This document shows positions 56,332 to 64,000 of a stretch of 64,000 nt of DNA, piece after piece. The notes under the pieces were generated by a model. The model ran no database searches and was not told the origin of the DNA. It saw nothing but the letters and a program-made list of their open reading frames with translations. The first letter of the stretch is position 1. Each line of letters opens with the position of its first letter. This stretch comes from an uncultured delta proteobacterium (lineage in GTDB: Bacteria > Desulfobacterota > Binatia > UBA9968). The position numbers were made by a program, and so were the translations under genes. The stretch covers positions 256,001-320,000 of the forward strand of contig CAVXEP010000012.1 of assembly GCA_963760795.1 (NCBI GenBank), read 5' to 3'.

Positions 56332-57105
56332 CTAGCGTTGCTGCGCCGGCGCGCCGTAGGACGGCACATAGCGCTCGCCAAGCCGATCGCGGCGCTCGTG
56401 GCCGAGCTTCATGTACGCCGCCAGGGTCAGCAGTCCGAGCGTCAAGAAAAATATCGTGATTGCCCACTTGAGCCGTTTGAGTATTGTGCGCGTCCGATTC
56501 GGATCTTCGCCTTCGAACCAGCCCCACTTTACCGCCAACCGGTAAAGTCCGACGCCGCCGTGCAGTTCGACGGCAAACAACAGGATCAGATACAGCGGCC
56601 ACCAGCGGCCGCTCCACACGCGCTCCGCCGATTCGTAAGGGCCGATGTCGCCGGGATGCATGAGCATCTGGTATAGATGAACCGAAGCCAGAAAGAACAG
56701 CGCAAAGCCGGTCCACGCCTGCACCCACCACAGCGTGGTGTCCTCATGGCGCAGCATTTGCCGGTGGCTGGCGAAACTTTTGTATTCTTGAAAGTTCGCA
56801 GGAAATTTTCGCATGGCGAGCAAGCCATGGAGCACGAACATAAACGAAACCAAGACGACGACTGCAGCCACGATGCCGGGATAGCTTTTGCCCAGGATAA
56901 ACTGTCCCTCGAACATCTTGGTCACCCACCACATGGCATCGTTGCTGATCAGGATCGTCGACACGAAAGCCATGTGACCCCACATAAAAAGCCCGAGGAA
57001 CAAACCGCTGGCACTCTGGATAAGATCCAAGCGCGCCGGCCAGTGACTTTTTCGCGTTTTCTGGTCCAGACCGGTTCCGGCAATGACATCGACTTGATGG
57101 TTCAT
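56332..57105 (-). CDS. frdC: Fumarate reductase dihaem cytochrome b subunit
   Basis: QSASGLFLGLFMWGHM, HGLLAMRKFP, VELHGGVGLYRLAVKWG. Confidence 0.94.
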   Translation of the reverse strand: MNHQVDVIAGTGLDQKTRKSHWPARLDLIQSASGLFLGLFMWGHMAFVSTILISNDAMWWVTKMFEGQFILGKSYPGIVAAVVVLVSFMFVLHGLLAMRKFPANFQEYKSFASHRQMLRHEDTTLWWVQAWTGFALFFLASVHLYQMLMHPGDIGPYESAERVWSGRWWPLYLILLFAVELHGGVGLYRLAVKWGWFEGEDPNRTRTILKRLKWAITIFFLTLGLLTLAAYMKLGHERRDRLGERYVPSYGAPAQQR

Positions 57106-57116
57106 GGTATTGCTCC

Positions 57117-57237
57117 TCGTCTAACAATTACACGCTGATTACTTTCAACGAGGTCGTCACTGGCGAGAAGCCCGACTGGGTATTCGGGCGCCAGCTGTGC
57201 ATGCACTGCGAACACCCAGCTTGCGCGTCGGCTTGTC
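57117..57237 (+). pseudogene. HybA/FdnH-like 4Fe-4S protein internal remnant
   Basis: Manual translation NYTLITFNEVVTGEKPDWVFGRQLCMHCEHPACASAC. Confidence 0.75.
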
Positions 57238-57299
57238 GATCTGCGCCGTGATGCCGGCGGGCGAAAGATCGCCTTGACCTTGTGCTACCGCATAACACA

Positions 57300-57317
57300 G
57301 TTGAATCTTGGTCCAAC
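57300..57317. promoter_or_regulatory. Degenerate box GTTGAAT-CTTG-GTCCAAC
   Basis: About 200 bp upstream of frdC; right arm and spacer match the motif family. Confidence 0.4.
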
Positions 57318-57385
57318 ATGAAAACACTGAACCTTAACCCAAAGTTCATACGATTGGCTCAACCTGCTGACGGTTCGATAACCGG

Positions 57386-58809
<1,424 letters not shown>

Positions 58810-58877
58810 AGATCCTCCTCAAACGATTCTGCCCGTGATTCTTTTCATCACTAACGGTTTACTGAAAAACCCGGATT

Positions 58878-59006
58878 GCAGGCTGCTCAAAAAGATCTCA
58901 GAGGCGAGGCGCGCGAAAAATCGACGAGCGGAGGCGTACATCGGCGGTACGTTGACACGAGGCGATTGAGCGCAACGAAGCATATGAGTCTTTTTCAGCG
59001 GCCTGC
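58878..59006. mobile_element. MITE-like element, second copy
   Basis: Inverted homolog of 7662-7842; abuts the nrfH TAG stop; an extra end-like piece at 58854-58870. Confidence 0.75.
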
Positions 59007-59461
59007 TAAAGATGTCCCACCGAGTCGTGGCAGCGCAGGCAAGCGAGTTGCCCGCCGGCCGGCGCCGGATGTGCCGGCTCGATGGCGCCGACAATCTCCC
59101 CGTGGCAGTTGCGACAGGCTTGCTCGGCGATCTCCCGGCTGTGCGGTTTGATTTGAATATTGTCTTCGTAGCCGCCGGTGGTGAAAAAGAACGAATGCCA
59201 GAAGCCGTTGGACGCCTTCGTCGCATACTTGCCGATGAAGTTCGCCGGCGTGTGGCAGCTGTTGCAGGTGGCAACGGCGCGGTGCGATGATTTGAGCCAG
59301 CCGTCGTACTGTTCGCTCATGACGTGGCAGTTGGCGCAGGCCGCCGGGTCATCGGTCAAATAGGACCAGCCCCGGGCATACGCGAAGGTGTAAGCGCCGA
59401 TACCGACAGCGATGCCGATAATCACCCCGAGCAGGATTCCTTGGATGGTGCGAGGTTTCAT
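59006..59461 (-). CDS. nrfH: Cytochrome c nitrite reductase small subunit
   Basis: TM anchor, CANCHVM, CNSCH, CRNCH, CLRCH. Confidence 0.94.
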   Translation of the reverse strand: MKPRTIQGILLGVIIGIAVGIGAYTFAYARGWSYLTDDPAACANCHVMSEQYDGWLKSSHRAVATCNSCHTPANFIGKYATKASNGFWHSFFFTTGGYEDNIQIKPHSREIAEQACRNCHGEIVGAIEPAHPAPAGGQLACLRCHDSVGHL

Positions 59462-59522
59462 CTTGTTGCCGGCCTCGGCCTGTGGAGTATTCGCCGCTAG
59501 GGATATCACTCGCGTTACGCCG

Positions 59523-59549
59523 TTGATATCAGGGATTCCCTGATTTCAA
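59523..59549. promoter_or_regulatory. 12-bp inverted repeat upstream of nrfH
   Basis: TTGATATCAGGG-ATT-CCCTGATTTCAA, one mismatch. Confidence 0.45.
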
Positions 59550-59755
59550 TTGCTAAATCCTGCGACGGCAAGCGCCGCGGCGAAGAACATCACCGGAGCG
59601 GGGAGGCGTCCAACGTTGCTCCACCGCGACCGCGATGGGCACTTGCCTGCGGGTTCGGGTTTCATGATCGCAATTCTGTCAGCAGTTGACCTTTCTTAAA
59701 GAAATCGACTGCCTGAACAATCTCCGCTCCTTGCAAATGTCAGTTATCGCCGGTG

Positions 59756-60541
59756 CTAGGTATCTTCAGATTGTCCCGCATACCACGTGACTGCCCGGCT
59801 CCGCCAATCAAAACGGATCGCCAGGAGGCGCAAGAGAAACGTTAGTCCAATTGCCAAGAAAGCCGCCCTTTCCACTTCCATGTGTGCCGCGGTCGCGAGA
59901 ACAACAAAACAGATACAACCGACAAGCGCGGTCAAGGCATAGAACTGGCCAGGCTTGAAAAGGAGAGGCACTTCGCGCGTCAGCACATCGCGCAGCAAGC
60001 CGCCGCCAACTGCGTTTATGGTCCCCACCAAAATAGCCGCGAGAACCGATAGGCCTGCATTCAAAGATTTCTGCGCCCCGACAACGGCGTAGATACCTAG
60101 ACCGAGAGCATCCACCAAAGACAACACGGTTGCGTACGTCCAAGTCAGCCGCCGTTCGAGACCGCTCAGTTGAAACGCCACTCGCGAGTTTCGCTGGGCG
60201 TCTGTCTCGTAGGGGACTTCGGCTCGCACAGCCGGCGCCGGAACGCCGCTCAGAATGCGCCGGACCGGCGGCACAAAGCGGCCGATGACAATCGTTCCTA
60301 AAACCGCCGCCATGATCACTGGCATATAGTAAAGCTCAGTCAGGACCGTCGGTGGACCCGCCTGAATGAAGATACCGTCACGGATTAGCCCGCCGCCCAC
60401 GGCCGTTGTAAATGCCAGGGCAAAGACACCGATGATATCGTAGCCACTGCGCATACCCGCCAGGGCACCGGTAATGGCGAACAAGGATGTCGCCACCAAG
60501 TCGAAGGCCAGCGGAAGTTGGAACTCGGCTGGCAGCATCAC
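59756..60541 (-). CDS. Trimeric intracellular cation channel (TRIC/UPF0126) protein
   Basis: FAITGAL, AVGGGLIRD, DALGLG, AVGGGLLRDVL. Confidence 0.9.
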   Translation of the reverse strand: MMLPAEFQLPLAFDLVATSLFAITGALAGMRSGYDIIGVFALAFTTAVGGGLIRDGIFIQAGPPTVLTELYYMPVIMAAVLGTIVIGRFVPPVRRILSGVPAPAVRAEVPYETDAQRNSRVAFQLSGLERRLTWTYATVLSLVDALGLGIYAVVGAQKSLNAGLSVLAAILVGTINAVGGGLLRDVLTREVPLLFKPGQFYALTALVGCICFVVLATAAHMEVERAAFLAIGLTFLLRLLAIRFDWRSRAVTWYAGQSEDT

Positions 60542-60565
60542 ATCTCCATGACCGGGCGGCTGCGT

Positions 60566-60750
60566 TCAGGACATGAGCCAGACAATAATGGTGCCCCAGG
60601 TGGTGAGCAGGATGTGGCCGAATGCCACCGAACCGGAATAACCGAGGACGGCTACGGGGCTACCGGACTTTTCTTGCACAGCGGCGAGCGCCGCCGTCAT
60701 CGTTTGCGCCCCCGCCAAACCGCCAGCAGCAGAGGATCGAGCTTCAGTAC
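60566..60750 (-). pseudogene. AspT/YidE/YbjL antiporter C-terminal remnant
   Basis: GRYVLKLDPLLL then GGLAGAQTMTAALAAVQEKSGSPVAVLGYSGSVAFGHILLTTWGTIIVWLMS*. Confidence 0.8.
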
Positions 60751-60818
60751 ATAGCGGCCCGTACTAGATTCTGGTGAGTTTCGAACGCCCGCCTCCATTG
60801 GCCGGACCGCGGTTATTT

Positions 60819-61256
60819 TTACTTGCGCGGCTTCGCCTTCTGCAGCTCGGCCCGGTAGGAGATACCGTCCTTCCCCTTGCCCTCGGCTTTCAGCATGGAT
60901 TGCTCCTTGGTCTTGTCGGTAAAAAGCTGGATCGTTAGGTTGCCCTTTTCTCCTTGAGCAACCGCTTTGCCGTCTTTGACGGTCAAATTGCCCTTGCCGC
61001 TGAACACGCCGACGGTCCGATAACTGACAAATTCGTAATCTCCGTTATCTTGGATGCTGACGTTCACCCAATCATCATTTGTCGCTTTCGGCGTTCGAAT
61101 CATGAGTCCTTCCCATTTTCCGGCGATACTCTTAATATCGGCAATCTGCGTGGGCGACCACTGGGTCTTTTCCGCCGAAAACGCAACACAAACGAGCGCT
61201 GCTTGGACTGCGACGACAAACCCGCTGACTCGGACAAAACCCATAATTCGTCTCAT
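60819..61256 (-). CDS. Hypothetical secreted protein
   Basis: GGGGAG RBS, signal peptide, SIAGKWEG beta-rich body. Confidence 0.65.
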   Translation of the reverse strand: MRRIMGFVRVSGFVVAVQAALVCVAFSAEKTQWSPTQIADIKSIAGKWEGLMIRTPKATNDDWVNVSIQDNGDYEFVSYRTVGVFSGKGNLTVKDGKAVAQGEKGNLTIQLFTDKTKEQSMLKAEGKGKDGISYRAELQKAKPRK

Positions 61257-61325
61257 AAAATCTCCCCTATGACTTGAATCTAATATTCCCCGCAGCTTGC
61301 TGCGGGCACAAAATTGCTGGGGTTT

Positions 61326-61381
61326 CCAAAGGGGGTTGAACATCCCCTTTGGTCGCGAGCGGGGTCATACCCCGATCGCGA
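61326..61381. other. Two adjacent GC-rich hairpins
   Basis: ccaaagggg...cccctttgg followed by tcgcgagcgggg...ccccgatcgcga. Confidence 0.45.
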
Positions 61382-61409
61382 AATGCCCGTTGATTGACTT
61401 GAACTTCAA

Positions 61410-62810
61410 TCACGGCTGCCACCCGCCGCCGAGAGCGCGGTAGAGTTGCACCACGGCGTTGATTTGATCGCCGCGAGCGCGCGCGAGCAACAGTTCCTGG
61501 TCGAAGAGCTGCTGGTCGGCGATCAAAATCTCCAGGTAGTTCGCCAGCCCAGTGTCATAGCGCAGGCGCGACAGGCGCGCGGCATTTGCCAGAGCCTGAA
61601 CGCTGATTTCCAACTCGAAGCGCACATCTTTGAGCTTTTCAATATTTACCAGCGAGTCGGCTACTTCGCGGAAACCGTTCTGCGCCGCCTTCTCGTATTG
61701 AGCCAGCGCCTGGTCAAAGCGCGCCTTGGTGCCTTCATAGTTCCAGAATATGCGCCAGCCCTGGAAGATCGGCTGGAATAGACCGCCAGAAACCGACCAA
61801 ATCGCCGTGCGCCTGTCAACGATGTTAGAGAGTTCGTGGCTGTTGCTGCCGAGCGCGGCGCTGAGCGAGAAGTTGGGAAAGAACAGCGCCTTTGCCGCGC
61901 CGATGTTGGCATTGGCGGCCACCAGCAATTGCTCCGCGCTTTGCACGTCGGGACGCCGTTCGAGCAACGCCGATGGCAAACCGGTGGGAATCGCCGGTGG
62001 CTGGTACTGGTCGGTTAAAACCGTCCCCCGCGGAATCGCGCCGGGATTACGCCCTTGCAGAAAGCTGATGAGATTTTCTTGAACGGCAATCCGGCGTTCC
62101 AGATCGGGAATAACCGACGCGGTGCGCGAGCGATTGGCGATCGCCTGGTCCAGCTCAAGCTGATTGGAAACGCCGCCGTCAAGCCGTCTCTGGTAGTATG
62201 CCACTGTCTCGTCATTGACTCTCAAGGTCCGCCGGCTGATCTCTAGCTCCAGGTCAAGCTCGCGCAACGAGAAATAAGACTGGGCGATATCGGCGATCAA
62301 GATGATCATTACACCACGCCGGTCCATTTCGCTGGCGAAGTAAACAGCGTTAGCCGCTTCCGCTTCACGCCGAACCCTGCCGAACACATCCATCTCCCAC
62401 ACCATACCGAAACCGGCGGCCCAATTTTGGTACGTGCGGCTGGCGCCGAATGACTGCGGTGGCTCGCTCAGCCGCGAGACCTGCTGCACGCTGCCGCCGC
62501 CGTTAAAACTGACTTGAGGATAAAGAAAGGAACGCGCGACTCCGATTTGGCTCCGCGCCTCCTCCACACGGGCGGCAGCGGTGCGCAAATCGTAGTTGTT
62601 GCGCAAAGCCTCACGGGTCAGTTCCTGGAGCACCGGATCCTTGAAGACTTCCCACCAGGCAACATCCGCAAGCGACTCCGGCGTTGGTGTTCCCTGCAGC
62701 CCCCGGTAGTTATCCGGGGTTGAGACTGGCGGACGACTATAGTCGGGGCCAACGGCGCATCCGGTGAAAAAGAGACAAACAACGACCGCGCTGAGAACAA
62801 CTCGCCTCAT
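61410..62810 (-). CDS. NodT family outer membrane efflux lipoprotein
   Basis: FTGCAVGPDY, WEMDVFGR, RRPDVQSAE, LYRALGGGW. Confidence 0.93.
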   Translation of the reverse strand: MRRVVLSAVVVCLFFTGCAVGPDYSRPPVSTPDNYRGLQGTPTPESLADVAWWEVFKDPVLQELTREALRNNYDLRTAAARVEEARSQIGVARSFLYPQVSFNGGGSVQQVSRLSEPPQSFGASRTYQNWAAGFGMVWEMDVFGRVRREAEAANAVYFASEMDRRGVMIILIADIAQSYFSLRELDLELEISRRTLRVNDETVAYYQRRLDGGVSNQLELDQAIANRSRTASVIPDLERRIAVQENLISFLQGRNPGAIPRGTVLTDQYQPPAIPTGLPSALLERRPDVQSAEQLLVAANANIGAAKALFFPNFSLSAALGSNSHELSNIVDRRTAIWSVSGGLFQPIFQGWRIFWNYEGTKARFDQALAQYEKAAQNGFREVADSLVNIEKLKDVRFELEISVQALANAARLSRLRYDTGLANYLEILIADQQLFDQELLLARARGDQINAVVQLYRALGGGWQP

Positions 62811-62811
62811 C

Positions 62812-64000
62812 TTAATGTGCCCCTTCATGAGTTGGCACCGCCGGAAGCGCATCCGCGGCTGATTTCTTTTTTCTCCCCAAGCCCTCGACGAAGGAGAAGT
62901 TGCCGGGTATCAGAAACACTCCCAGAAACGTAGCAACCAACATTCCCCAGAAGACCGCGGTACCCATGACGTTCTGCGCGCCGGCGCCGGCGCCGCTCGC
63001 GAGCATCAGGGGTACGACACCCAGGATGAAGGCAAACGCGGTCATGAGAATCGGCCGGAAGCGCAGCCGTGCGGATTCCAGGGCGGCTTCCTGAACCGGC
63101 ATGCCTTCATCGTGTTTCGCTTTGGCGAACTCGACGATCAGAATCGCGTTTTTAGCGGCAAGACCGATCAGCATGATATTGCCTACCTGGACGTAGACAT
63201 TATTGTCGTAGCCCATCAGCCAGACGCCGAAGAACGAGCCCAAAACAACCAGTGGCGAGCCCAGCAAGACCGCCCACGGCAGGCGCCAGCTTTCATACAT
63301 GGCGGCCAGCAGGAGAAACACGAAAACGATTGCGAGACCTAAGGTCGGTCCCGCCGGCGGCGCAACTTTTTCCTGATAGGAAAGACTTGAATAGGCAAAG
63401 CCCATCTCCTTTGGCATCGTCTGCTTAAAGACCTCCTCCAGTGCAGCCAGGGACTGGCCGGAGGTATAACCGCGGCCCGACACGCCGTTAATCTCGACCG
63501 AGCGAAACAGGTTGAAACGCAGCGTGATCTCGGTGCCGCCTTCAGAGGTAATGTTAATTAGGGTGGAAAGCGGGATCATCGTATTGGTGGTGCGGCTGCG
63601 CACATAAATATCACCGATATCTTTGGGCTTGCGGCGATAGTCGGCCTCGGACTGCACGTAGACACGGAACAGACGGCCGAAACGGTTAAAGTCGTTTACA
63701 TAGCTGCCGCCCATGCTGGCCGATAGCGCTTGAAATGCTTCGTTGATCGGCACCCCGAGCTTGCGCGCCTTCTCGCGGTCGAGATCCACCTTCACTTGAG
63801 GATAGCGGGGATCGAAGGAAGTGAAGAGATTGGCCAGCTCGGGCCGTTTTCGCGCTGCCTCGAGAAACTGCCGGGTATTATCGCCGAGCTGCTGCACGGT
63901 AAGCGCGCCACTGCGGTCCTGCAGCAAAAAATTAAACCCGGCCGACGCGCCAAAGCCGGAGATCGTCGGAATGTTGAAGGGAAAGATGATCGCCTCAGAA
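62812..64000 (-). CDS. RND efflux permease (HAE1, AcrB-like), partial at window edge
   Basis: YVNDFNRFGR, LAAMYESW, GLAAKNAILIVEFA, RFRPILMT. Confidence 0.95.
   Translation of the reverse strand, partial: SEAIIFPFNIPTISGFGASAGFNFLLQDRSGALTVQQLGDNTRQFLEAARKRPELANLFTSFDPRYPQVKVDLDREKARKLGVPINEAFQALSASMGGSYVNDFNRFGRLFRVYVQSEADYRRKPKDIGDIYVRSRTTNTMIPLSTLINITSEGGTEITLRFNLFRSVEINGVSGRGYTSGQSLAALEEVFKQTMPKEMGFAYSSLSYQEKVAPPAGPTLGLAIVFVFLLLAAMYESWRLPWAVLLGSPLVVLGSFFGVWLMGYDNNVYVQVGNIMLIGLAAKNAILIVEFAKAKHDEGMPVQEAALESARLRFRPILMTAFAFILGVVPLMLASGAGAGAQNVMGTAVFWGMLVATFLGVFLIPGNFSFVEGLGRKKKSAADALPAVPTHEGAH

Noticed and set aside
59686-59700. TTGACCTTTCTTAA as an FNR box
   Set aside because: Three mismatches to TTGAT-N4-ATCAA

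Overview
This is a GC-rich bacterial window whose gene content looks deltaproteobacterial (inference). It opens with a DppC-type permease, a VOC protein, an amidohydrolase and an SDR. Essentially every intact gene from 1466 to the end lies on the minus strand. From about 4.1 kb the gene groups are: envelope lipid enzymes (alpha/beta hydrolase, DUF4105, PLD, patatin, a His-motif membrane protein), zwf, OmpA, aqpZ, GH13/GH63 glucosidases, a DUF2955-HlyD-TolC-AI-2E module, a DAACS-SBP fusion, decayed glgX/glgP beside a broken ISNCY-like transposase, NhaP/SulP/PPK2/CHAD/cax/USP, a Wolinella-type frdC-frdA-fumC-frdB-DASS operon, nrfHA with an all-CXXCH NrfA, and an RND efflux pair. Two things stand out that the ORF track does not show. 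First, a palindrome TATTGGAC-N4-GTCCAATA occurs 8 times, always upstream of minus-strand units, suggesting an undescribed NarL/FixJ (DosR-like) stress or hypoxia regulon. Second, many spacers are gene fossils: FGE, arylsulfatase, aqpZ, frdC, two DASS types, Dcu, HybA/FdnH, AspT and AsmA. Nested MITE, REP-like and heptamer repeats are also present. Many single-base frameshifts may be long-read errors, but glgP carries substitution stops and looks like a true pseudogene.
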